The translations under genes and the position numbers were made by a program. A stretch of 63,886 nt of DNA, the filler included, from Phoronis australis (Eukaryota; Animalia; Phoronida), in NCBI GenBank assembly GCA_002633005.1. It is 9 parts of 9 records of this genome, joined end to end, with 100 filler letters (N's around TTAATTAATTAA, not from the genome) between each part and the next. Parts side by side here need not be neighbours in the genome. Positions count along the whole stretch, not along the records: positions 1 to 3,086 come from NMRA01003235.1; positions 3,187 to 31,508 come from NMRA01001086.1; 7 more parts are not named here. One strand, 5' to 3'. A model generated the notes under the pieces. The model was not told the DNA's origin. It made no database searches and saw only the letters and a program-made list of their open reading frames with translations. Within the stretch, counting starts at the first letter, position 1, and each line of letters begins with the position of its first letter. Below, piece after piece: positions 1 to 12,397 of the stretch.

Positions 1-1062
1 GAGGTTGCATTCACCTCATAACAAATTATTGGAACTCATTTTCCTTTCATTATAAATTTTTAGTATTTTAATGCCAACAAACCGAATTTACAAACAAATT
101 TTGCTACTGCTAATTGGCCATCATCTCCCGAGAGATGTCGGAAAAAATTAGAAAATAGTGCGTGCGGGTGTCACGAGCGTACAGTGTTCAAAATGACAAT
201 AGACTTTTCTTCGTTACAAAAGGTAGAGACTTACACAAGAAAACAACATTCATTAGTCAAGTTTTTCACTTTAACGGCTGCAACGGCCAAGATAAGTGTT
301 GGTTGACTCCAAGATTTTGCATGCACCCCCACTGGTCGTTAGCTCTACGTATAAGTAAGGTGACGAGTAGAACTACCTGGGCAGTGTGAAATTTCAAGGT
401 TTATTGGAGCTCAATACACAGTGGTTACTAACTGTATTATGAGAGTAGTTTTCATACTGCTAGCTGACTGGCTAATAGGAACCCACCCACTGCATCATAA
501 ATGCATCCTAAATGACAAAGATATAAGGAGAGCTCACACTTCCAAACATTTCCACGCACTAGAGTGAGCAAGGTAACTGTAGAGCTCACAACTGAGTTTA
601 CAGGTTACAGTGCTTGTCAAACTAAGATGAGCAAATACAATCCTGGTAAATTATGAATGCCGCAAAATCTTACAGGCAAAATTCCACAAAAAATCATCAT
701 AAAACACTGAAGAAAACACAAAACAATAAATTGCCACCAGGGGTGTAGCAGTAATCAGAACAGTCCAAAATCAACATCAGTCAGGTTTCTGTCAATAGAA
801 ACACAATTTTCATAACGATTTTTAAAGCAATTGGCAGATAGAAAGGCTGATGTCAAAAAATCAACCATAATACTAAAATTATCACTAGGGAGTGCACAAC
901 AACCAAAAGCTGCATGAAAATGGACAGGTGCTGTCCCTCTTCTTTACAGAAACACCTGCCCTATTTCATGAGGTTCAACCAAGGGACTTAATAGGAAAAA
1001 CCGTCTCAAGGGGACATAGCAGCAGTCTGGTATGTCCAGAAGTCAACATACGCCTTACACGT

Positions 1063-1995
1063 ATTAGTGGGGCCAGTGTTTCCTAAACAATAAAGTGCAT
1101 GACTAGTATCTAGATTTGACCTTTGAACACTGAATTGATATTCTGAATGTACAACCCATGTTCGTCCACAGAAAAGTCTGCTACAATGTCTTAACTGTGA
1201 TTCCAGTGTTTCTTAAACAGTAAAATACATATACTACTGTGAGGCCAGTGTTTGCTACACACTACAGTGCATCTTACCATGACTCAAGTGTTTCCAAAAC
1301 AGTAAAGTATGTGTCTTACTGTGAGGCCAGTGTTTCCTATACATCCACATGAATCTCTCACTATGAGGTCAGTGTTTCCTAAGGAATGCAGTGCATGACT
1401 TACCGTGAGGCCAGTGTTTCCTATATATCTACGTGAATCTCTTACTATGAGGACAGTGTTTCCTAAGGAATGCAGNACTACTGCGAGGCCAGTGTTTCTT
1501 AAACAGTAAAATACATATACTACTGTGAGGCCAGTGTTTCTTAAGACAGTAAAATACATATACTACTGTCAGGCCAGTGTTTGCTACACACTACAGTGCA
1601 TCTTACCATGACTCAAGTGTTTCCAAAACAGTAAAGTATGTGTCTTACTGTGAGGCCAGTGTTTCCTATACATCCACATGAATCTCTCATTATGAGGTCA
1701 GTGTCTCCTAACGAATGCAGTGCATGTCTTACCGTGAGGCCAGTGTTTCCTATATATCTACGTGAATCTCTTACTATGAGGACAGTGTTTCCTAAGGAAT
1801 GCAGCGCATGACTTACCGTGAGGCCAGTGTTTCCTATACATCCACGTGAATCTCTTACTATGAGGACAGTGTTTCCTAAGGAATGCAGCGCATGACTTAC
1901 CGTGAGGCCAGTATTTCCTATACATCCAAGTGAATCGCTTACTATGAGATCAGTGTCTCCTCAGGTATGCAGTGCATGACTTACCGTGAGGCCAG
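1063..1995. repeat. 42-bp-unit minisatellite (84-bp dimer period), intronic to Piezo
   Basis: TTAC(C/T)GTGAGGCCAG recurs at 1645, 1729, 1813, 1897 and 1981, exactly 84 bp apart. Each 84-mer is two diverged 42-mers. A larger ~329-bp duplication is also present (about 1232 vs 1561). Confidence 0.9.
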
Positions 1996-2144
1996 AGCCT
2001 GCTGAGCCTTCACCTCCAGCACCACATAACGGAAATAGTGAGTCTGGAACAGTCGGCGTTGAATCATGAGGAAAGTGAAACAGACGCAATCCCAGCTCAG
2101 GCCAACACCACTAGGCTGAACACTGCACAGATTGTTGCTAATTA
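1985..2144 (-). CDS. PIEZO: Internal exon of a Piezo mechanosensitive ion channel
   Basis: Translates ISNNLCSVQPSGVGLSWDCVCFTFLMIQRRLFQTHYFRYVVLEVKAQQALAS(R). This matches the remembered Piezo motif GIxWDSVCFFFLLLQRRVFxSHYYxHVxxDLxAxxxLASRG. Acceptor ttctttgttgtag, donor CG|gtaagt; 160 bp, phase 1 to 2. Confidence 0.9.
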
Positions 2145-2149
2145 CTACA

Positions 2150-2456
2150 ACAAAGAATAAATGAACAAGCATGAGTAAATGAACAACTGTGAGTAACTGA
2201 ACAGATGTGAGGAAGTGAACATACATGAGAAAACAAACTGAAACAAATAAATAAATAAACAGATGTGAGTAAACGGACACAAGTAAATGAACAGATAAGT
2301 GAAGAAATGAACAGATATGAGTACGTAAATGAACAGATCTTAGTAAATGAACATATATGAGTAAACAAAGTTGACTAAACATACACGAGCAAATAAACAT
2401 ATGAGTAAATGAACAGACGTGAGTAAATGAACAGACATGAGAAAATAAACAGACAT
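2150..2456. repeat. ~18-bp-unit tandem repeat (GAGTAAATGAACAGAYRT)
   Basis: Repeated gagtaaatgaacaga motifs lie immediately upstream (on the - strand) of the Piezo acceptor. They produce the spurious 'VHLL' ORFs. Confidence 0.85.
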
Positions 2457-3086
2457 GCCAATAGAATCCAAATACTGTTTAGTACCAATGTATTGTTTAC
2501 ACATCTCGGCCAAGACAATGTTTATACCTTTGCAATGTTACATACCTGAACATCAATTTTGAACACCAAAAAGAAGACCAAATGATATTTGTTACTGGTT
2601 TCAATTGTTGGTGTGCTCATTTTTTTATAAGGAAAATGCAAAACATTGAAATGCTCTCATGCACCACAAGAGTATAATTCAAGGGTTTCATAAAACTGGA
2701 TTAATTTGGTTGCCACTAAGGTAGCAAACCAGAAAATCCACTAACTGTGAATGATTTGTAGGCAGGGCTCTAAAGTGGCTAAAATAAACCTGCTTTCCAT
2801 GACAAAAAGTATCTTTTGATCTGGACCACTTGCTGTTATGGAAATGGTCTCAAATCGTTCCTTCCTTGAATTAGAGGTGGTTTCAGGGCTTCCAAAGATC
2901 TAGCAGTTCGTTAATGGATGGGAGCAGGCTCTGACAGTTGTCTTGTCATGGCAAGTCATTTAATGTACTGGGCATGATCTCAAGGAATAACGAACTTTGA
3001 GTTCTTTGTAAGCTCAGAAATCATCTCTGAGTAGCGAATAAATTGAGATAAACTTTATGGTGATAAATGATCTAAAACAAAAGTTC

Positions 3087-3186
3087 NNNNNNNNNNNNNN
3101 NNNNNNNNNNNNNNNNNNNNNNNNNNNNNNTTAATTAATTAANNNNNNNNNNNNNNNNNNNNNNNNNNNNNNNNNNNNNNNNNNNN
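3087..3186. other. Artificial contig-joining spacer (N44-TTAATTAATTAA-N44)
   Basis: The same 100-bp block occurs eight times in the window. TTAATTAATTAA gives stops in all six frames. Confidence 0.95.
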
Positions 3187-4410
3187 TATTTTTTGCCCCT
3201 TTTGATTCCATTTCTTTAGTTGGCGATTGATTTTGTTTGCTACCACAGTGCGTTATGTACCAGTAAAGGAATGGCCTAAATGACTAAGTAACTACTTGTG
3301 ACTATGATAGGCATGACCTACCTCTCCTTTGTTTAACTATCTATTAGTGACTTGTATAAACATAGATCATTACATGGCGAAGTCTTTAAGTCTTTATCTA
3401 GAGCCAGAGTAGATTTTGGAGAATGAAAGTAAAACTGTTGTGGAATATTTAACTAACTAGGATCATTTTTTGGAAATCTTGGCTATTAGTTTCACTTAAT
3501 CAACATGGCTTTAAATATAAGTGCCAATTTTAAGGACCGAAAGATCACATTTGATATTTTTTGTCTAATATTTTTCCATTTTGAGTGAGTTGTACTTTTA
3601 TAAAGATGAGTATATTATTCATTGAATGGTGCTTTTGTTTGTTGTAATGAAGCAAGGAGTTAGTAACCCACACAGACCTGTTCTTGTGGTTGTGCACTGA
3701 ATTAGGGAACAGCTCTTCGTCCCCTAGTCAAGAGATCATCCTTGGTGACATGGACATAGTACGAATACTTTCAGAAAACATTGTTATTTTATCGCTCGTT
3801 ACTTTAGTCTAAATTCATCGGCAAATTCTGTTCATTATTTTTTATCTTATCATCAATGTAAACACAACCTGTGTCTCTGCTCATTTCACTCTGTGCACAA
3901 TGAAGCAACATTTGTAAGATCCAGAGTGAGTATTCCACTAGAAAGTGCAATCAGATAATCTTTTAAAATGAAAATTTTGACAGAGTTTGTAAATACATTA
4001 CTTTGACTTCTCGTTAAGATTAAGATACAAACTTCAACAATATTAGGTTCTTGTCATTGGCAAGTCCGTAAAAGCTTGCCACTCATTTTGGGCTTGAAGG
4101 GGATAACTCGTCTGCGTATTGGCTTAGAATTTTTCGCACTGTTATAAATTGAGGGTGTTGCTCACGAAAAATTGGCCTTTTGAGATTGATGTGCTATGTA
4201 AGTGAAAGCATTTCTTTGTTAGTCCTGCTCTTAGGTAAGTATAGAACTGTCCCAGTTAAACTGTGTACCTTATGAGAAGATAGTTGTTTGATTAGCCACT
4301 GCGATCAATGAATGGACTGATGAGCCAGGTAGTTGGTCTTTCGTGGGCCATGTTCCTTAGACTTGTACCAGCTGCTTTTCTGTGTATGCCCAGTGTTAGA
4401 GAGAATATAT

Positions 4411-6530
4411 TTATACGCCCACATATTTTTAATGTGTTTGCATATTGCCATCGTCTCTGTCCAGGCATCCGGCATCTGCAGCGGTATCTCCTAAACCCCT
4501 CACAGGATATTGATGAAATTTGGCACATGTGGTTCTATGAAGCTGACAACAGATGATGACTAATTTCGGAGGGCTGTAACTACCAGTGTGCCAACTGCTG
4601 ACAAATTTTATGTTTACCTCTGTATCTTCAAAGGTCTTCAATGGATTTTCATGAAATTAGTGAGATGATGATATGACATCCCGTTTTCAGACAGACTCAA
4701 AGTATTTTTGCACCTCCTAATTGCCATTTTTACTGTTTTTGAGTCTGTTTTAGGCATCTGCCCCTCTATCAACCAAACCACTTTGAGGACGATTGTGAAA
4801 ATTGGCATATATGTGTAAAGAGGATGAGTGACAATGATTTTCTGACGATTACTGTGGGGCATCATAGTGGCACTTTTGTTTTTGAGCCCATAACTGTATG
4901 GGGTAAGCCCATTGCAGGATCTTTATTAAATTTAGCAAGTGTATGTACATGAGGCTGACACCAGACGATGACGACTTTCAGACGGATCTGACAAACGTTG
5001 TGCCTCCTAGTAGCAATTTAATTTTTTTAAGTTTTCCTCGGTTTTTAGGTGCCCACATGTTTAAATATGTGGTCGCATGTTGCCGTCATCTCTGTCTGGG
5101 CGTTCATTAGCTGTATCTCCTAAACCCCTCACAGGATCTTGATGAGATTTGGCAGCTGTGTTTCTATGAAGCTGACAACGGACGATGACGAATTTCAGAC
5201 CTCTCCGACTACCGGCATCCCCCCTAGTGGCAATTTTAGTTTTTTACGCTTACCTCTGTATCTTTGGAGGTCCTCAACGAATTTTCATAGTTTGGCAATA
5301 AGGCATCTATTAGTGAGATGATGCCATCCTTCTGTTTTCGGACGGATTCAAAGTACTTTGCGCCACCTAGTGGCCATTTTTACTGTTTTCGAGTCTGTTT
5401 TTTGGCGTCCGGCGTTCTATCAACCAAACCACTCTAGGGATGATTTTGAAAATTGGCAAAAATGTTCTTACGGTGAAGAGGGCGGCTGACAATGATTTTT
5501 CGATGACTAATGGTGCTTCCTGACTGGCAGTTTCGTTTGTTTTTGCGCTCATGGCTGTATCTCCTAAATGCTTCACAGGATCTTTATTGAATTTTGCTGG
5601 TGTATTTATAGTATGTTGACAACAGAGGATGACGACTTTCGTACGGATCGGGTTACTGGTTTGCCCCCCAGTGGCAATTTTAGTTTTTTACGTAGACCAC
5701 TTTATCTTAAAGGGTCGTCAATGGATTTTCATAAAATTTCGCATTTAGGTATCTATTAGTGAGGGAATGCTATCATCAGGTTTTTGGTAAAATTCGACCC
5801 TTTTGCGCCACCTTGTGGCCATTTTTACTGTTTTTGAGTCTGGTTATTTGGCGTCTGCCCCTCTGTAAACCAAACCACACTATGGATGGTTGTGGAAATG
5901 GGCATTTATGTTCCTAATGTGAAGAGGAAGTCTGACGATGATTTTCCGATGACTTTATCTACTTTGGCGCCTGTTAGTGGCAGTTATGTTTTTTGTGCTT
6001 ATAGCCTCTTAGTGGCAATTTCATTTTTTCGTTTTCCCCTGTTCCTTGACGGATTTTTATGAAATTTTGTAAATAGCTTTTGTTAAGGAAACAATGACAC
6101 ATTCCGTTTTCGGATGGATTCGAGGCATGTTGCACCATCTGGTGGCCATTTGCACTGTTTTCGAGACATCTGCCCCTCTATAAACCAAACCACAGTGACT
6201 GTAAGGATGATTGTAAAAATTGCTATATAATTATATTCTTAGTGTGAAGAAGATGGTTTACGATGATTCTCTGACAACTGACTACTCTGGTGCCTCCTAG
6301 TGGCAGTTTTATTTTTTGTGCCCATAGCTGTATCTCCTAAACCTATGCAGGATCTTGATTAAATTAAGCTAGAGTTAGTGTATTTATATGAAGTTAACAA
6401 CAGATGACGACGTCTTTCAGACAGATCCTACGAAGGCTGTTTCCCCTATTGGCAATTTCTTTTTTTCCAGAAACACCCCTAGAAGCACACCATTTGTGGT
6501 GCATTTCAACACTTCACGTTGCTCATGTTT
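4411..6530 (+). mobile_element. Two adjacent or nested non-autonomous Helentron-type (HINE/DINE-1-like) elements
   Basis: 5' stem-loop ends at 4411 (ttatacgcccacatat...atgtg) and about 5044. Internal ~150-bp subrepeats. The 3' end tgtggtgcatttcaac...gttgctcatgttt at 6495-6530 is shared with the copies ending at 8740, 18329 and 38261. Confidence 0.75.
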
Positions 6531-8166
6531 GAGAATCATATGACAATGCAAGAACATCTAAAAAAAATCACAACCTAGGCGGGTTTTATGTGGACCCTGG
6601 AATGTGTAAGACTGATATAATCAGAAGACATTTAAAGGATTTAATATTTATGCAAGTTAGAAATAAGCAATACATTTATTTAGAAAAAGTGGATCAAGAA
6701 AAAAGGAGTTGAAGGCAGATTTTAAACTTTTGAGGTACAGCTTACTTTTATTGTTTCTTTTTTAAGTAAATACTTAAAAGAAGAATGATTTTAGGTAAGC
6801 ATCGTTGAAATGGAGCACATTGATTTTTAAAAGTACAATGTCAGGTACAAAAACATTATTCAAATGAGAGAGAATTGACAAAAGACATATATAACACATA
6901 GGTGTAGATGAAAAATCTTGTTAACACTATGAAAAATGATGGAGACCAGTGGAAGCCACCATTACAATATTACATAGTTAACAATAGCATATACTTCCGA
7001 AATTTCTCAATCAGGGAGATAGGCTGGCCAATCACGGGCGGTGAAAATTAATCATACCTTGTGACAGTGGGTTTGTAGAAGGTCTCAAAGCAATGCAGCG
7101 ACCTTTTTGTTGCAGTTTGTCACAAAATTCAAACATGGCTTTTGTGCAGCCGTAACCGTTATTTACCTTGAGTCCTGAGCGCACTAAAAAATGGCGGTCA
7201 GATAGTTGAAAATTCTGGCTTTGATTTTTGCTTGTGAATTTTCAGTCTCAGCATGAGAAGTTTATCATCAGCAGTCACTGAAAACTTTCATACGCATTGG
7301 TTGGCAACCTAATCAATCTTTGTTCAATTCCTGAAGCCAGTGTTTGCATGTACCACTAAAGTAACGAAATGGCGTAACAGACCGTCCAGTCTTCTGCCAG
7401 TTAATGATGATATGACCATCGACACATTTGAATTTTAATGTTAAGTAGTAAGATATTCACTTAGCAAATGGACTCTGAATTCAGCACTTCGATTATAAGA
7501 TAAACTTACATTTTGTTTGAATCAAGCTGTATTTCATGACTCGTGAAAACATGTCGTGTCAAGACGATCAAGCATTAAGACTTAACGCAATAATCCAAAT
7601 GTCCAGTGCATACAGAAAATGAAGTTCAAAATTAAAACAGCTGTCAGACTATATTAACTGAACTGGAACATTCAATTTGCGTATGCTTGACTTACAATGT
7701 AATATGTGTCCAAAAGTATCATTGGCCATATTAACAAAATACCATAACACTCAGCATACAAGCCGTGACAACTTTAGACAAAACTAATAGAAAATCATGT
7801 GTTTGTCTCAATTATATGGCAAAACTAAAACTTTTTGCCTATCGTATTGCCAAGTTGTGTTTTAGTAACCTTATTTATACTCACAATATATTTGTAATAT
7901 GGAACTTGTATCATTCAGTGTGAAAATGGTTAGAGTTTTCAACACAATCGGGTAATTGTTGGCTTCTGCCCGCAACCAAGGCTCTGCCTTTCATCATATT
8001 ATGTGGTGTTAACTGTTTGTCTCAATGTGCTGTTTGGTCACCAGCTGTCTTCTGTTGTTGCATGGTGTACTGTGTTGTTTCGTGGAATATTGTGTTGTTG
8101 GGTGGTGTACTGTGTTGTTGCTTGATGTACTGTGTTGTTGCTCGATGTACTGTTGTTGTGTTACAG

Positions 8167-8430
8167 ACCTTAGTCCTGTTACCACGTTAACTGTTGCTGC
8201 GGAAGAAACAAGTCTATCTGTCACTTGGCAGCACGGCTCTGGTGATAGAGGGGGTTACAAAGTCATGTGTCAAACTAGCTCAGAGGAATCGCGCATCATT
8301 GATCTATTGAAGAACAATACTACGCTAATGTTTGATAATTTGACTCCTGGTACAGAGTACAATGTCACAGTGATGACTGTGAAGAGTGGGTGGGATGTTC
8401 AACCTGTTGTGTCAGAAGTTAAAAAAACGC
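8167..8430 (+). CDS. Fibronectin type III domain exon 1 of a multi-FN3 receptor/adhesion protein (RPTP-like)
   Basis: ttacag|AC CTT AGT ... ACG C|gtaagt; 264 bp, phase 1-1. Protein DLSPVTTLTV...SLSVTW...Y...FDNLTPGTEYNVTV carries the FN3 W/Y/LxPGxxY signature. Confidence 0.9.
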
Positions 8431-8514
8431 GTAAGTGGTTATAGTACAGTTAGTCATGTAGGAGGTGCACCATTGCCAAAACCTGGTGTTGTGTTTTGTT
8501 ACTTGAGTGACTTT

Positions 8515-8740
8515 GCTTTAAGCAACTGATGTATAGGATGTGCTTGTATTATGAAGATCACTCACATTTTGCCCCTAGCCTATTGAGGAGACAATGACCA
8601 TGCCTTTCCATTTTGCAAAGTACCGCATACTACATATATGCCCTCTACTGGCCATTTTATGGTACCAATAAACAACCCTAGAAGGATACCGTATACGGTG
8701 CAATTGTGGGCGCATTTCAACGCTGTGCGTTGCTCTTGTT
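8515..8740 (+). mobile_element. 5'-truncated 3' fragment of the Helentron-type element
   Basis: Near-identical to 18107-18329 and 38037-38261. Ends in subTIR tgtgggcgcat plus hairpin caacgc-tgt-gcgttg, then ctcttgttt. Confidence 0.8.
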
Positions 8741-10528
8741 TTATATCCACTTAGGGCCATAAAAATTGTATGAAACAAATCTATGCCTTACCCTAAACAT
8801 GTTTACAATGTTACATTTTTATTTCCTCAATTAGAATTTTCTTAATTAAAAGTTCAATTTTTGCCATGCGGAATATTCCGCACTGACTGCGGAATATTCC
8901 ACACAGATTTTGCGGAATATTATGTTTTGTGGAATACTGTGACTTGCGAAATATTATATATATTTTGTGGAATAATAATCAAAATAATAATTTATTTTTA
9001 TAAATCAATGTGATAGATCCAGATGGGTTCCACAAACAGAAAAGTTTAGCACAGGACTAAAATTTTTAATTTTCTCCCGGCCCAATAAACATGAATTACA
9101 TTCCATTCTCAATAGCACTTGAGAGTATAATGTGCCCACTCTCAATAATTAATCAATGTGACGGTTGCAGAATGGTTCCACATGCGGAATGGTTCTGCAA
9201 ACAGAATAGTTTGTGGAATCGGTACGCATGTGGAACCGTTCTGCATGCGGAACCGTTCTGCATGCGGAACCATTCCGCATGGGGAGCGATTTCCCAAACA
9301 TAATGGTTTTGCTGGGTATTTGATTTCACCAATCAACTTAAAAGGCATTCCATTGTCAATGCCACTTGAAAGTATCGATGTGACAATCCTAACAGTAATT
9401 AGTTGATCAATGTGACAGTTGCGGATCCGTTGCATATGCGGAACCGTTCCGCCAACAATACTTTTGTGATCCTCACAATTTTTTAAAAACATTTCTTGCA
9501 CATTTCAGTTGAAATATATTCTATTCTCAATAGCATATGAGAATATCAGTGTGTCAACATAAACAATGATTAATCTGCGGGGAACTTGCTGAATGATTTG
9601 TGATGCAGAAACCTACCTCAAGCACTGAGACTGGAAAAATTGACATCTTGTCTATGCCATTTTACCGCTTTTGGTACAACCTTAACACACAAGCCACGAA
9701 ATATTCGAATCTTAACGTGCAACAAGCATTAAACATAAAAGTTATCAGAATGTCTACCCTGACAATAATTAATTAATAAAAGTGACAGTTGCGGAACCGT
9801 TCCGCATAGCAATCATTCCGCAGGGGGAGCGTTTTCCCAAACAGAATGGTTTTGCGAGGTTTTTGTTTTGCCCAATCAACTTAAAATGCATTCTATTATC
9901 AATGCCACTTGAAAGTATCAATTTGACAATCCTAACAATAATTAGGTGGTCAATGTGATAGTTACGGAACCGTTCCACAAACAATGGTTTTGTGGAGTTC
10001 ACATTTTTTTTAAATTGATACTTGCCAATTGAAGTTGAAATACATTCTACTGTCAGTAACACCTGGACATATCAATGTGTCAACATGAGCAATGATTAAT
10101 CAGTGGGGAACTTGCTGAATGGTTTGTGATGTAGAAACCTACCTCAAGCAGACTCGGGAAAATTTGACATTTTGACTATATGCCATTTAACCGCTTATGG
10201 TAGAATTTTACACAAGCTAGGAAATATTCAAATCTTAACGTGCAACAAGCATAAACATGAATGTATCAGAATTTCTACCCTAACAATAATTATTTATTGA
10301 TAAATGTGACTGTTGCGAAACTGTTTCGCATGCGGAACGATTTTCCACACAGAATGGTTTTGCGAGATTTTTGTTTTGCTCAATAAAGTTAAAATGCATC
10401 CCATTCTCAATACCACTTGAAAGTATCAACGTGACAATCCTAACAATAATTAGTTGATCAATGTGACTGTTGCGGATTTGCTCCGCACAAGCAGAATGGT
10501 TCCAGAAACAATGGCTTTGTGGAGCTCA
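8741..10528 (+). repeat. Interspersed repeat with palindromic subrepeats (copy 1 of an inverted pair)
   Basis: Built of tgcggaatattccgca and tgcggaaccgttccgca palindromes and longer internal repeats. It is the reverse complement of 19540-24049. Confidence 0.85.
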
Positions 10529-10559
10529 TCATCATTATTATTATGTTCACATTCAATCA

Positions 10560-11110
10560 ACGTTTAGTACAGTCGATTTACACTCATAAGCAAAAACATG
10601 AACTTCACAACATTTCTTATACACTTACATCTCTTCATTTGATTGCATAACTTTTGAAAAATATATGTACAGTTCTCAAGAGACAACTGGAATCTTAAAA
10701 CTAATTCTAAGGCCTGGGTACACTATTAAAAAGTCAAGTACTTGTTTTCAATTTTTCAAATGTCACAACTTGAACGAAGTTTAACTTGTCTCAGTATTCC
10801 AAAATGTTGTCCCAGCTCTATCATTCTATCATCAGTGAATGATTTGTGCATCAAATATGCGCCAGTGGAGACCTCATATACGGTTTTTCTATGTCTAATA
10901 TTTTCCTTTTTAAGATGTAATTTGAAAAATTGCTATGTATCTAATTTACAGTTTTTTGCCACATTTGATTTTCTATATCCATACAACGCTGTCGAAATTC
11001 TTTTAAAAATCGAAGCTCATTACCCACGCCTTTTGAATACCACACAATTCCATATCCATAGGGGTATAATATTTTTTCATTTCCAGAGACCAACAGTCTC
11101 AGTTTTCTCT
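10560..11110 (-). mobile_element. Decayed LINE 3' ORF2 fragment (CR1/L2-like)
   Basis: The minus strand reads ...MKKILYPYGYGIVWYSKGVGNELRFLKEFRQRCMDIENQMWQK..., resembling the post-RT YGFGxVWxxQxVxxxxxFLxxFKQRLxD segment of invertebrate LINEs. It contains stops and frameshifts. Confidence 0.6.
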
Positions 11111-12397
11111 GCCATTTAAATAGTAGCTATAGCAGTAGTTACTACTGTACTGTAACATGTTTTTATTGTTTTAATTACTATTAGTAATGGCAGAATTACC
11201 AGGTGTTATTATTATTAGTGTTATTATTATTGGTATATTTATTTGTTATCGCCATTTTCAAATTACGTGTGTGAATGTCTGTTTACTTAAGGCAGACTAC
11301 ATGAACTGGCAAGGGTACCCCACCCATCTTCACTAATTCTGGTGATAACATTAATGAGAGTGAAAAAAAATAACATTGCAAGTGACAAATGAACTACTAG
11401 CCTGTTGTGAAACTGATTGATGCTGATGAATCTAGACTTTCATATGGATCAGATATGCAGTTCAGTAGTCATATCTAATGGTGGTTGACCATCCCCATTT
11501 CATTTCAAAACCAGTACTATTCCCATAGTGGTATCCAGTTATGTAGTCAAATTAGCTACCTCAGGCCAAACCTGATAACATCAGTTAATACCCTGCTAAT
11601 GTTGGCTTTGCCAGGTCTACTAAAGAACTGCTTGAGAATAGACAGTCACTCACCAAGAGGGATAGTAAATGTAAGCAACTAATCAGATATTCCTAACAAT
11701 ATATTCATGCACAATGCCAGGTCATTGTTCATTTTTTCTTAGAACTTGACCATTTAATTCTAATGCAATCACCTTAGAATTAAAGTATTTCAGGTGCATA
11801 ATAACTTATTAAACTTTAAGTTCATTCTACGCTGGATTTTTCACGGACATTTTTCATACCAGTATAAGCAACTGTAGTACCTAAAACAGTGAACAAGTTT
11901 GTCACAAATCACTGTATTCTCTAGATTCAATTCATGTGTTATATTTGCGGATTCTTTTGGCCTGAAATTTATTGTTCTGTCTTTGATAAATTTGTATTTT
12001 TTCTTTGTTTGCACTTTTACTTTTTACCATCTTTAAACCTCTGCTTTACAGCATTGCTTTTCACCAGGTTCCTAATCTCTGGGTGTATAATCTCAAAATC
12101 TCTGAATCAAAGTTTAACTGTTATAAACCAGTTGACACACTGGTTGACCTCCAAGCTGTACTGACCATTTATTGCTCTGTTTGCATCACATTACCAGAGG
12201 ACAACAGGAGATTGGCAATTTAACTTCAGTGGTTAAGAAGGATTTCCCACACCTTGGCTAGAGTGCTAGGTTCTCTGTACACTGAAGTAAAGATTCCTCA
12301 ATTCATAACGCAATATGGTGCAACAATAAAATTTTATTTTATTAAATTTTTCAACAAAAGTAAAAAAGGATGAAAACATTTACTCCACTACTTGTTA

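Noticed and set aside
1063-1995. CRISPR-like appearance (conserved tgaggccagtgtttcct core with variable intervals)
   Set aside because: The intervals are themselves related and recur with an 84-bp period. It is a eukaryotic intron, with no cas genes and no unique spacers.
1981-2400. 139-aa hydrophobic ORF as a single-exon membrane protein
   Set aside because: The N-terminal part is translated 18-bp repeat; only 1985-2144 is a real (Piezo) exon.
9091-9501. Duplicated small ORFs (also 23111-23637) suggesting a gene family
   Set aside because: They are translations of the palindromic interspersed repeat, open on both strands, with no splice or protein signatures.
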